DNA from: an uncultured Candidatus Saccharibacteria bacterium
Lineage (GTDB): Bacteria; Patescibacteriota; Dojkabacteria; SC72
NCBI GenBank assembly: GCA_964514595.1
Contig: CAZEQZ010000001.1
Span: 43,914 to 107,913, forward strand
DNA length: 64,000 nucleotides
Reading direction: 5' to 3'
Shown piece by piece: positions 41,674 through 50,906 of this stretch. Every line of letters starts with the position of its first letter. Within the stretch, counting starts at the first letter, position 1. Position numbers and translations under genes: made by a program. A model generated the notes under the pieces. That model saw only the letters and a program-made list of their open reading frames with translations, made no database searches and was not told where the DNA came from.

Positions 41674-43335
41674 ATGTTCCACAAGTTAGAAAGTATATTT
41701 AATGTCTTTATTAGAAAAGCTAGGGGGGTAGTAAGATATATAAATGATTATAAAGGACTTCAACTATCAGTAATATATATAATTTCAACTTATATATCCT
41801 TTGGAATCCTGAGAAACATAAAAGGCATAGGGACTATAGGGTTAATCTGTTTGTTATCAATGTCAGTCGTGGTAGGTTTAATACTTTTCCTGCCCCTGAG
41901 AAACATATTCTTGCCAAAGAGGAGGGGGAGTATTCGGGAAGATGGCCCCAAAGGGCGTGTGCATTTTTTTGCTACAAGTGTGGTAATAGCTGTAACGGTA
42001 TTTGTAGCGGTTGTGAAGGCCGCCCTCGTTTGTAACCACAGTGTTGATGTAGAACAAATGGTCCGCGGTTTCACAGGCTGTCAGCACTCCTTTGAGGGGT
42101 ATATATATGACGAACCAGATAGAAAACATAGATATCAACATATAGAATTTAGATTACTAGAGGACCTAGTTGTTGGTGATGAAATTTTAGACAAAAACCA
42201 CGGTTATATACTAGTAAAAACCGAAAATTACGAAAAATTCTCAGTAGGCCAAGTATGTACGTTCACAGGCACGCTCGTGGAACCTGAAGGCTTTGAAGAA
42301 TTTGACTACAAGCAGTACCTTAAAAATAACAACATATTCTTGATTATGGAAGACCCAACATTCTACTGCTGGGATATATCGCAGAGGAGGGCAGGTAACA
42401 CAATAAAAAATTATTTGATCGATTTAAAAGAAAGAATTATTAAAAAGGTTGATTTAATAGTGCAGGAACCACAATCTTCCTTGTTAGTAGGGATACTTTT
42501 TGGTAAAAAACGATTATTTAGTACTGAATTTGATAAGAATGTAAGGGTAGCTGGAGTAAGTCACATTGTTTCTGCATCGGGATATAATATTACAATACTA
42601 GTCTTGATACTTAATAAAATACTCTTTTTTCTACCTAAAAAGATCAAGATAATTTTGGGCCTAATAGTAATTTGGCTCTTTGCAATATTTTCTGGATTCT
42701 CCTCTTCAATAGTTAGGGCCTGTATTATGAGCTCTTTCTCACATATCGCCTTATTAACAGGAAGAAACAACACAATTCACATCACTCTACCATTAGCATC
42801 TGCGATATTTGTATTCTTTGATCCGCTAATCATTTATGACATAGGGTTTCTTCTTTCTATCTCTGCAACATTAGGTTTGGTATATTTACTACCAATATTC
42901 CTATCTTTTAAAGAAAAACTCACCAAGAAATACAAGTTTCTCGACGAATACGTATTCCCCACTATGAGTTGCACTATATCGACGCTCCCAATATCAGTAT
43001 CAACCTTCAAAACATTCTCTATGTGGTCAGTTCCGGTCAATGCCATGGTATTGCCTGTAATCGAAGGCACGATGTTATGGGGCGTACTATCACTTTTAGC
43101 GAATGGTATACATAAGCCGTTATCCCTCTTTTTTATTTCCATTGCAAACCTACAACTTAAATATTTCGAATATACGGTGAATATTATTGGAAAATTGAAT
43201 ATAGGGGCATGGGAAATACCTGATCAGAATGTATTCTTTATCTCCTTAATCCTAACTCTTTCAATAATACTTATTTCCATATATCATTATCCTGTAGAGA
43301 ATGAAAAATATAACTACTATCTCAAAGATAGGTAA
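41674..43335 (+). CDS. comEC: ComEC/Rec2 DNA internalisation channel, membrane (Competence) domain only
   Basis: N-terminal OB-like DUF4131-type region followed by polytopic domain with VAGVSHIVSASGYNITIL (ComEC GLSHLLAISG motif). 3-nt gap after comEA. Confidence 0.75.
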   Translation: MFHKLESIFNVFIRKARGVVRYINDYKGLQLSVIYIISTYISFGILRNIKGIGTIGLICLLSMSVVVGLILFLPLRNIFLPKRRGSIREDGPKGRVHFFATSVVIAVTVFVAVVKAALVCNHSVDVEQMVRGFTGCQHSFEGYIYDEPDRKHRYQHIEFRLLEDLVVGDEILDKNHGYILVKTENYEKFSVGQVCTFTGTLVEPEGFEEFDYKQYLKNNNIFLIMEDPTFYCWDISQRRAGNTIKNYLIDLKERIIKKVDLIVQEPQSSLLVGILFGKKRLFSTEFDKNVRVAGVSHIVSASGYNITILVLILNKILFFLPKKIKIILGLIVIWLFAIFSGFSSSIVRACIMSSFSHIALLTGRNNTIHITLPLASAIFVFFDPLIIYDIGFLLSISATLGLVYLLPIFLSFKEKLTKKYKFLDEYVFPTMSCTISTLPISVSTFKTFSMWSVPVNAMVLPVIEGTMLWGVLSLLANGIHKPLSLFFISIANLQLKYFEYTVNIIGKLNIGAWEIPDQNVFFISLILTLSIILISIYHYPVENEKYNYYLKDR

Positions 43336-44152
43336 AAAGTTTCTCCAAAAAAATATTGTTAATATAATCTTTGTTCTGGCAACGATTATACTGTTCTCTT
43401 TTTCCAGAAATGATAATAACCGGGGCCCAGAGATAATATTTTTTGATGTAGGGCAGGGAGATGCCATATTAATTCAGCAGGATAATTTTCAGGTATTGGT
43501 AGATGGTGGTCCGGATGACGGGATTATATATGAATTAGCAAGAAAGATGCCTTTGTATGACAAAAATATTGAAATAATGGTATTAACACACCCACACGAG
43601 GATCATATTAGGGGGCTTCTCAATGTACTAGAAGAGTATACCGTGGAAAAAATATTCATAAATAGAGTAGAGTATGAAAACAGGGCATACAAATATATGC
43701 TAGATAACTACGAAAACATTCTGTACGACGTGGTAGGGGGAGATACATTTGAGTATGGGGATATTAAGGGTGAGGTTCTGTATCCTTTTAATGAAGAAAG
43801 ATCTCAGGAGAAAAACCTAAACAACGAATCCATAGTACTTTTAGTGGGCATTAAGAATTACAGGATACTACTTATGGGTGATGCAGAAATCGAAGTAGAA
43901 GGGAGATTAATAGAACAGTACGATCTGCAAAACATATATATACTAAAAGTTGGACACCACTGTTCAAAGACTTCTTCTTCTGAGATGTTTCTCAAAATCA
44001 CAAAACCACAAATAGCTATTTGTTCCTGTGGTGAAAAGAATAAATTTGGTCATCCCCATTATGAAACCATAGAAAAATTCATAAACCTAGATGTTCAATA
44101 TTTAATAACATACAAGGAAGGAAGTATAGTTATTAAATTCAATGATTTGTGA
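43301..44152 (+). CDS. comEC: ComEC C-terminal metallo-beta-lactamase domain encoded as a separate, overlapping ORF
   Basis: IIFFDVGQGDAILI ... VLTHPHEDHIRGL ... LLMGDAE ... KVGHHCSKTSS. Overlaps the membrane-domain ORF by 35 nt in another frame. Confidence 0.75.
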   Translation: MKNITTISKIGKKFLQKNIVNIIFVLATIILFSFSRNDNNRGPEIIFFDVGQGDAILIQQDNFQVLVDGGPDDGIIYELARKMPLYDKNIEIMVLTHPHEDHIRGLLNVLEEYTVEKIFINRVEYENRAYKYMLDNYENILYDVVGGDTFEYGDIKGEVLYPFNEERSQEKNLNNESIVLLVGIKNYRILLMGDAEIEVEGRLIEQYDLQNIYILKVGHHCSKTSSSEMFLKITKPQIAICSCGEKNKFGHPHYETIEKFINLDVQYLITYKEGSIVIKFNDL

Positions 44153-44178
44153 TAAAATGCTTTTAATTAGCACATTCT

Positions 44179-44252
44179 GTACCTGTAGCTCAACTGGATA
44201 GAGCATTGGTTTGCGGAACCAAAGGTTGTCGGTTCGATTCCGACCAGGTACT
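44179..44252 (+). tRNA. tRNA-Arg (anticodon GCG as read)
   Basis: GTACCTGTAGCTCAACTGGATAGAGC A TTGGT-TTGCGGA-ACCAA ... GTCGGTTCGATTCCGAC CAGGTAC. 7-nt loop gives positions 34-36 = GCG. Confidence 0.75.
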
Positions 44253-44433
44253 AACTACGTCCGGTTTGTACAAAAACCTCAGCCTATCAAGCACTATACG
44301 GTATTATCTTTTCTTTTTTAATATGCTATGAGACATGGGGTCTCTTTTTCAAATTTTTGTTTTTCTGAAAAGTCTTTTCCTGTGTTTTTTGTTTTAAAAA
44401 TGGTAAGATTATGCCTAAGGGTCTGTTCCTTAA

Positions 44434-44507
44434 GCACTCGTAGCTTAACTGGATAGAGCATCGGTCTTCGGAACCGAGGGTTGGGGGTTCGAATCCCTCC
44501 GAGTGCG
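44434..44507 (+). tRNA. tRNA-Arg (anticodon TCG)
   Basis: GCACTCGTAGCTTAACTGGATAGAGC A TCGGT-CTTCGGA-ACCGA ... GGGGGTTCGAATCCCTC CGAGTGC. Confidence 0.85.
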
Positions 44508-44530
44508 TTCGCTGTGTTATTATATATACT

Positions 44531-46321
44531 ATGGAAATAACAAAGAAAATAACTAACCTACTTACTGAGTCGTTAAATTCGCAGGAAATAGATTCTGCGA
44601 ATATTGATATTGTAGTGGAGGCTCCAAACGATATGTCAAAGGGAGACTATGCGACGAACGTTGCAATGAGGCTATCTTCTCAATTAAAACAAAATCCAAT
44701 GAATATAGCTCAAAGTATAGTAGAGAACTTGCCAAAGGACATAGATATTGAAGAAGTGGAAGTAGCACCTCCAGGCTTTATTAACTTCACTCTCTCTAAC
44801 AGATACTATCTTGCAGAAATAGCAAAGATAATAGGGAACGGTGAATACTTCAAGCTAGACCAAAGACAGAATGAAAAAGTAGTAATCGAGTATACAGATG
44901 CAAACCCATTTAAAGAATTCCATATTGGTCATCTATATTCAAATGCTGTAGGGGAATCATTTTCAAGGCTCCAGGAGGCTCTGGGGGCCGACGTAACAAG
45001 AGCTTGCTATCAAGGAGATGTGGGGCTTCATGTTGCCAAATCTATATGGGGATTAGAAAAGAAACTAACACAGGAAAATAAAAAATTTGAAGAATTAGAA
45101 AAACTATCTTTAGAACAAAGAGTGAAATACTTAGGAGAAGCCTATGTATTAGGGGCACACCACTATGATGAACTAAAGGATGAAAGTGCCATAAAAGAAA
45201 CAGATGACCTTAATTACTACATATTCTCACTAACATCAGATACCCTAGAAAAAAGAGATTTCTCAGAATATGAAAAGAGAAATGTGGCCCAGGTGTATAA
45301 GAAGGGACGACAGTGGTGCTTAGATTTCTTTGAGAAGATATATGAAAAGGTTGATACTAAGTTTGATCATTACTTTTTTGAGAGCGAAGTGGGGGAGGCC
45401 GGTCTAAAAATCGTTCTAGATAATATCGAGGATATATTTGAAAAAGACCAAGGAGCAATCATCTACAGGGGAGATGAAAAAAAGAATCTTCATACACGAG
45501 TTTTTGTAAATAGCTATGGTTTGCCAACCTATGAAGCTAAGGAAATAGGCTTAGCTCTAAAGAAAGAAGATCTACTGGACTATGACGAGTCTGTAGTGAT
45601 TACTGCAGATGAGCAGAGTGGATATTTTAAGGTAGTCTTGGATGCTTTGAGTAAGATAAGACCTGATGTGGCAAAGAAAATTAAGCATTTTGCCCACGGG
45701 AAGGTTAAGCTTCCGGGGAATAGTAAGATGTCTAGTAGGAAGGGTGGAATACTCTCTGGGGAATGGTTAATTAATGAGACAAAGGTGAAGGTGAAGGAGG
45801 TAATGAAGAAAAATGGGAAGATTTCGGGTATTCTCTTGGATAGAGTAAGTGAAAAAGTGGCTATAGGTGCAATTAAATATGCATTCCTTAAGGTCTCTAT
45901 TGGTAGAGACATAGTTTTCGATTTTGATAAATCAATCTCATTTGATGGGGATACAGGACCATACCTTATGTACGTATATGCTAGATGTGCATCAATATTA
46001 AAAGAAGCCGGGAAACTTGCAGATCCAAGAAATGTCTGCCTAGACCCATGTATGGATAATGCCGAGACAAGGGGGTTAGTTTCGACACTTAGCAAATACC
46101 GAGAGGCCTTGCTTGATTCTTCTACTAACTATGCACCATCAATATTGACACAGTATCTCTTTTCTTTAGGCCAATCATTTAACTCTTTCTATCAAAATGT
46201 GAGGGTATTGGATGCCTCTGATGAACAAAGAGAAATACTTCTTCTAATTGTTAAAGCTACTATGTTAATTATGAAAGATGGCCTTGATAATCTAGGTATA
46301 GATGTAGTGCAAAAGATGTAG
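44531..46321 (+). CDS. argS: arginyl-tRNA synthetase
   Basis: Arg_tRNA_synt_N-type N-terminal domain (GDYATNVAMRLSSQLKQNP). Class I HIGH variant PFKEFHIGHLYS. KMSSRKG (KMSKS-like). C-terminal DALR-type helical domain. Confidence 0.85.
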   Translation: MEITKKITNLLTESLNSQEIDSANIDIVVEAPNDMSKGDYATNVAMRLSSQLKQNPMNIAQSIVENLPKDIDIEEVEVAPPGFINFTLSNRYYLAEIAKIIGNGEYFKLDQRQNEKVVIEYTDANPFKEFHIGHLYSNAVGESFSRLQEALGADVTRACYQGDVGLHVAKSIWGLEKKLTQENKKFEELEKLSLEQRVKYLGEAYVLGAHHYDELKDESAIKETDDLNYYIFSLTSDTLEKRDFSEYEKRNVAQVYKKGRQWCLDFFEKIYEKVDTKFDHYFFESEVGEAGLKIVLDNIEDIFEKDQGAIIYRGDEKKNLHTRVFVNSYGLPTYEAKEIGLALKKEDLLDYDESVVITADEQSGYFKVVLDALSKIRPDVAKKIKHFAHGKVKLPGNSKMSSRKGGILSGEWLINETKVKVKEVMKKNGKISGILLDRVSEKVAIGAIKYAFLKVSIGRDIVFDFDKSISFDGDTGPYLMYVYARCASILKEAGKLADPRNVCLDPCMDNAETRGLVSTLSKYREALLDSSTNYAPSILTQYLFSLGQSFNSFYQNVRVLDASDEQREILLLIVKATMLIMKDGLDNLGIDVVQKM

Positions 46322-46322
46322 G

Positions 46323-46396
46323 CGGGGTGTAGTTCAGATGGCTAGAACGCTACATTCGGGATGTAGAGGTCGTCCGTTCAAGTCGGATCACCCCGA
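46323..46396 (+). tRNA. tRNA-Pro (anticodon CGG)
   Basis: CGGGGTGTAGTTCAGATGGCTAGAAC G CTACA-TTCGGGA-TGTAG ... GTCCGTTCAAGTCGGAT CACCCCG. Starts 2 nt after the argS stop. Confidence 0.85.
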
Positions 46397-46407
46397 TTTC
46401 ATTATTT

Positions 46408-47334
46408 TTGTTCCCCAGACTATATGTTAAAATGACATATATGCAAGATCCATTAGAAATAGTAAAAGAGGCTGATAAATATCGAGAACAGGAGGGTGAT
46501 ATTCAAAAGGGCATTACTCTTTTGGAGAAAAATTTAAAAGAATTGGAGAAAGATCCTATTATTCTTTCTTTCTATATCCCGCTGTTTTTAAAGAAATTAG
46601 GAAACTTCTACAGAGATATTGGCGACACAAAGAGAGCCAAAGAGCTATATCAGAATGGTTTGGAAGTAGCCAAGAATGACTTAAATAGAATGGAGGAAGC
46701 CGATATATTGGTATCTATGGCTTTCTTGGAGCTTAAAACTGGTACTGCAAAAGATGCCCTTAAGTATGCACTTAAGGCTTGGGAGTATATAGGGCCTAAG
46801 AGAGGTGGTAAGTTTGCAGAAATAAAGGTTAATACCCTAGCTGTGTTAGGGAATATCCATTTTGAGCAAGCAGACTTAGAAGAGGCATTGAGGAGATATG
46901 AAAGGGCCCTTAGAATATCGGAAAAATATAAGATTAAGAAAAGAATCATAACTGTTTCTGGAGACATAGCTAATGTATATATTATGCTTAAGGAAGAGGA
47001 GAAGGCATTACGTATTCTAGAAAAAGTTTTGCCCTTAGCAGAGGAATTGTACCAAGTTGCACTTCCACAGATACATATGAGAATTGGAAAGCTGAATATG
47101 GCAAAAAGAAATTATGAGAAAGCAAAAGGGAGTTTCCGGGTTGCCTTAGATATCTCGGAAACCATGGGCTTGTCAAGGGATATAGGGGAGTCGTATGAAA
47201 ATCTAGGTGATGTATCAGCGTTAGAAGATAGCCATGAGGCTAAAATCTATTATGAAAAAGCCTTGACTCAGTATAAAAAGAGTGGGTTAAGTCCCCACGT
47301 CGAGTCCGCAAATAGGAAGCTTAAGACGGTTTAA
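46408..47334 (+). CDS. tetratricopeptide-repeat protein (true start probably an internal Met)
   Basis: Multiple 34-aa TPR-like repeats (AKELYQNGLEVAK..., ALRRYERALRISE..., AKIYYEKALTQYK...). Confidence 0.65.
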   Translation: MFPRLYVKMTYMQDPLEIVKEADKYREQEGDIQKGITLLEKNLKELEKDPIILSFYIPLFLKKLGNFYRDIGDTKRAKELYQNGLEVAKNDLNRMEEADILVSMAFLELKTGTAKDALKYALKAWEYIGPKRGGKFAEIKVNTLAVLGNIHFEQADLEEALRRYERALRISEKYKIKKRIITVSGDIANVYIMLKEEEKALRILEKVLPLAEELYQVALPQIHMRIGKLNMAKRNYEKAKGSFRVALDISETMGLSRDIGESYENLGDVSALEDSHEAKIYYEKALTQYKKSGLSPHVESANRKLKTV

Positions 47335-48328
47335 CACTTGCCAATTGCCCACATGCTGCTTTGATATCATTCCCGTATGAGTGCCTGAGTGTGTTATTAA
47401 TACCTCTGGAATCAAGAATATTTTGGAAGGCTAGTATAGACTTTTTGATACTTGGTTGAAATGGTATACCTGGAGAGTCATTAAACCCAATTAGGTTAAC
47501 TAAGGCTATTTGGTTTTTAAGTAGCTTTGATAGCTGTATCGCATGCTCTGGTTGATCATTTATATTTTTCAAAAGTAGGTATTCATAGGTAATCTTTTTA
47601 TTTGATTTTTTCTGATAATCTATTAGGGTATCAATTAAATCATCCAAGTGATTCTCTTTGGAAACTGTTGGCATTATGTTTTCTCTTAAAGCTTGTGTAG
47701 GTGCATGTAAACTCACAGCTATCTTTACCCCCAGATTACTTTTTAGGAACTTTTTCAACTGTTCTATATACCCAACAGTTGATACAGTAATTCTTCTTCT
47801 CCCTAGGGCAACCTTGTCGGGGTGCGTTAAGATTTTAATAGCTTCTGTGACATTTTCTAGATTTAGCATAGGTTCTCCCATACCCATAAATACAACATTA
47901 GTAATAGTTTGTCCTGTAGTACTGAGCTGTCTTTTAAAATACATAATCTGATCAATAATCTCTTGTACATCCAAATTTCTATTAAACTGCATTTGCCCTG
48001 TGGCACAGAATTTACATCCAACAGGGCAGCCACTCATGCAGCTAACACATATGGTATTCCTGCTTTTTGATTTCATAAGGACTGTTTCGACAGGATATCC
48101 CTCTGAGGTATAACTAATTGTCTTTATAGTTCGTTTGTCATCGGATTTGTACTTCTGGAAACCTAACAACTTGGAGAAGGGAACCTGTTTTGAAAGCTCA
48201 TTTCTAAGGGTGATGGGCCATGTAGAGAGTTCATCCCACGATGCAATATTATTGCCGTAGTATTGGAGATTTATCTGCTTTAATCTGTAGCTTGGTAGGT
48301 TGTTTTCTAGTATGAATTTCTCGAACAT
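47321..48328 (-). CDS. rlmN: 23S rRNA (adenine2503-C2)-methyltransferase RlmN (radical SAM)
   Basis: CVSCMSGCPVGCKFCATG radical-SAM cluster. MGMGEPMLN. C-terminal C-x-GQL motif. Confidence 0.9.
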   Translation of the reverse strand: MFEKFILENNLPSYRLKQINLQYYGNNIASWDELSTWPITLRNELSKQVPFSKLLGFQKYKSDDKRTIKTISYTSEGYPVETVLMKSKSRNTICVSCMSGCPVGCKFCATGQMQFNRNLDVQEIIDQIMYFKRQLSTTGQTITNVVFMGMGEPMLNLENVTEAIKILTHPDKVALGRRRITVSTVGYIEQLKKFLKSNLGVKIAVSLHAPTQALRENIMPTVSKENHLDDLIDTLIDYQKKSNKKITYEYLLLKNINDQPEHAIQLSKLLKNQIALVNLIGFNDSPGIPFQPSIKKSILAFQNILDSRGINNTLRHSYGNDIKAACGQLASVKPS

Positions 48329-48335
48329 ATATTTA

Positions 48336-48364
48336 TTGACAGAAGGTATATATAAATGTAAAGT
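48336..48364 (+). promoter_or_regulatory. candidate promoter TTGACA-17nt-TAAAGT upstream of dockerin-like gene
   Basis: Read directly in the 78-nt divergent gap between rlmN and 48407. Confidence 0.3.
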
Positions 48365-48406
48365 ATTAATTAATAAAAGTAATTATAACTTAATTATATA
48401 CTAAAT

Positions 48407-50134
48407 ATGTTTAGGATAAATCAGAAGGCTAAACTCTTTTTAGCTGTTGTTGTATTTCTTCTATTAGCACCATTGACAATCTACTATGTAGTGGATGGAG
48501 TTTTTGACTTAAGAAGTAGGGCAGGTGATCCTGATGTATTACCTGAGGAGTTTAAAATTGCTGATTTGAATGCAGATAACAAAATTACTATAGCTGACTT
48601 TAGTATATGGTTGAGTAATTTTAGACAATTCAAATTAAATCCGGCAGCATTCAATGCCATGAGTGATTTGGATAAGAATGCCGCTATAACGATCTCCGAT
48701 TTCGCGATATGGTTAGATCTATGGAGAAAGTATAAGGTATACAATTTCGGGGGAGATGGAGGAGTGACACCTCCTATTATTGTAGAGTCTCCGCTATTTG
48801 GAACTGGTACCGATGGAAGTGTTTCAGTAAGTGCTGATACGAATATTAATACCTCAACAATTTCATCAACTAGATCTTGTGCAGATGCCAAGTCATATAA
48901 TGTCGTTAAGTTTGATTCTGATACGGTAGTACAGGTCAATGAAGGTGTTAGTGAGGCTTGTATAAAGACAGGTGATGAGGTTTTGGTTTTGGGTCTAGCT
49001 GGAACAGAAACAAATGTGGAGACAGTGGGGAATTATGAGACATTTATAGTGGCAAGTGTAGCGGGGGATAAAATAACTTTTGCAACGGCCAAAACTAAGG
49101 CATTTGGTAATAAGGCTATAGTACAAAGAGTTCCTCAGTATGAGAATGTTAGTATTGCTGCAGGAAAGAGTCTATATCCTTCTGCTTGGGATGGGACCTC
49201 TGGTGGTGTTGTTTTCTTTAGGGCAACAGGGAGGGTAAGTGTAGAGGGGACAATACATGCAGATGGTATGGGGTATAGAGGTGGAGCTGCATCTTTGAAT
49301 AATGGTCAAAATTCTAAACCTGGAGAGGGAGCTATCCCTTCTAGTGGTACAAATGGTCAGGGTGGAGCTATTGGTCAGAATGGTTTTGCTGGGACGTTTA
49401 GTGGTGGAGGTGGTGCAGGGACTTCTATGAAAACAGGTGGAGTAGCTTCCACACTTCTAGGTTCTACAGGAGGAGGTGGAGGTGGTGGTGCAAGTAGCGG
49501 GTCAGGGAACGATTTCGGTGGTTTTGCAGGTGGAGGAGGAGGTGGTGGAAATGGTACAGGTGGAATAGGGGGTAAAAGCGCAGAGTATGGGACTAGTACT
49601 GTTGGTGCTACGGGTACAGATATGGCAGGTGCTGGTGGTAAAGCAGCAAGGGGATCTAAAACAGTAACCGCGACAGGTAGCACTGTTTATAAAAAACAAG
49701 CAGGAGGAGGTGGTGGCGGCGGTGCAACTATAGGTACTGCGAATCTTTTAAAACTAACTTTTGGAGGAGGAGGTGGTGGTGGTGGCTGCGGAACTGGTGT
49801 TGAAAAACAAAACAGGCAGGGAACTTCTGGAACAAATGGAGGTGGCATTATATATATTGCTGCCAATGAAATAACAGTTACAGGTGTTATTTCTGCCAGA
49901 GGGCTAGATCCCGTTGTTCCTAGTTATCGTGCTGGAGGGCAGGGTGGTGGTGGTGCAGGTGGTTCTATTAAGTTAATAGGAAATATCTTGAATTTAGGAA
50001 CTAACAAAATTTTAGCAACTGGTGGCGCAAATACAACAACTGGAGGAACTGGTGGGATGGGTAGAATTGGAATACAGTATATGAGTACATTTACTGGATC
50101 AACTAATCCAGTCTCTGCAAACTCAAAGATTTAA
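48407..50134 (+). CDS. secreted protein with N-terminal dockerin-like Ca-binding repeat pair followed by one beta-helix/Gly-rich module (paralogue of giant-protein modules)
   Basis: Signal/TM peptide. Then ADLNADNKITIADFSIWL and SDLDKNAAITISDFAIWL, both fitting D-x-[DN]-x-[DN]-x-x-I-x-x-x-D. Then GDEVLVLGLAGTETNVETVGNYETF...VQRVPQYENV...VFFRATG...GGGIIYIAANEITVTGVISARG...GGMGRIGIQY. Confidence 0.75.
   Translation: MFRINQKAKLFLAVVVFLLLAPLTIYYVVDGVFDLRSRAGDPDVLPEEFKIADLNADNKITIADFSIWLSNFRQFKLNPAAFNAMSDLDKNAAITISDFAIWLDLWRKYKVYNFGGDGGVTPPIIVESPLFGTGTDGSVSVSADTNINTSTISSTRSCADAKSYNVVKFDSDTVVQVNEGVSEACIKTGDEVLVLGLAGTETNVETVGNYETFIVASVAGDKITFATAKTKAFGNKAIVQRVPQYENVSIAAGKSLYPSAWDGTSGGVVFFRATGRVSVEGTIHADGMGYRGGAASLNNGQNSKPGEGAIPSSGTNGQGGAIGQNGFAGTFSGGGGAGTSMKTGGVASTLLGSTGGGGGGGASSGSGNDFGGFAGGGGGGGNGTGGIGGKSAEYGTSTVGATGTDMAGAGGKAARGSKTVTATGSTVYKKQAGGGGGGGATIGTANLLKLTFGGGGGGGGCGTGVEKQNRQGTSGTNGGGIIYIAANEITVTGVISARGLDPVVPSYRAGGQGGGGAGGSIKLIGNILNLGTNKILATGGANTTTGGTGGMGRIGIQYMSTFTGSTNPVSANSKI
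48805..50131 (+). repeat. beta-helix/Gly-rich module copy 5 (in separate gene)
   Basis: Same block order as the copies inside 22887..35240. Confidence 0.6.
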
Positions 50135-50162
50135 TTAATATGAATTAAGGAAGGATAATTAT

Positions 50163-50770
50163 TTATTCTCCCTTTTTCTCTGTTAATCCTCCAATGGCCA
50201 ATATGAAAGCTATTAGAGTTATTACTCCAGCCAATACATATAAAGCATTGTCAGAAAGAAATGTAGATACTTTGTCGAACAAAGAATCTTCGCTTGTTTC
50301 TATCTCTTCTGTTACTTCCAAATCATCAGAACCTAGATTCTCAGGTTTATTAACGTTTAATATCTCTCCAATAATCAATGAGCCAAAATCTAATGTTTTC
50401 TCATCAACATAGAAGAAATAATCCTCTGATTCTGTCTCATATGTAACAGTAGCTAACACTCCAGACATCTCTGTTTCTGAATCATTAAAGCATTCGATGC
50501 TTATCTTTTCATCATCAAACTTTGCATTACCTCCGAAAGTACAAAATCCTTCGGAAGGTGTAACCTCCTTTATGGTTACATCTTCAGAATACAAGATGTT
50601 CATATCTAAACCATCAACATAGCTACCATTAGAGTGTACTATTACAGAAAGAGTGCCTTCCTCCCTATTATCTTCCAATTCTATACTTACAGCAGCATAT
50701 ACTTTGCTTGAGAAAATAAAACCAAAACCTACGAATAATAACAATCCAAAGATATATTTCTTGAACATAA
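50163..50770 (-). CDS. small cell-surface protein: signal peptide, cohesin-like beta-sandwich domain (tentative), acidic linker, C-terminal TM anchor
   Basis: Signal peptide MFKKYIFGLLLFVGFGFIFSSKVYA (start at 50770 preferred over 50822). About 130-aa domain with alternating beta pattern and a GVLATVTYE block. C-terminal LYVLAGVITLIAFILAIGGL + KKGE. Confidence 0.55.
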
Positions 50771-50906
50771 TTAAGATTAATAATAAATTATTCCTTAATC
50801 CAGAGTAGCAGAGTGAAAACATAATGTAAAGGGTTCCTTAATTTAATTGACAAAGGGAAATATTTATTGCAATATATTAATTAATGTAAATTTAAGAAAT
50901 ATTAAT

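Noticed and set aside
50771-50906. Divergent promoter pair between the two cohesin-like genes (TTGACA at 50847..50852)
   Set aside because: A -35 hexamer is present but no convincing -10 at 16-18 nt spacing (CAATAT/TATATT only at poor spacing). The region is uniformly AT-rich, so any call would be arbitrary.
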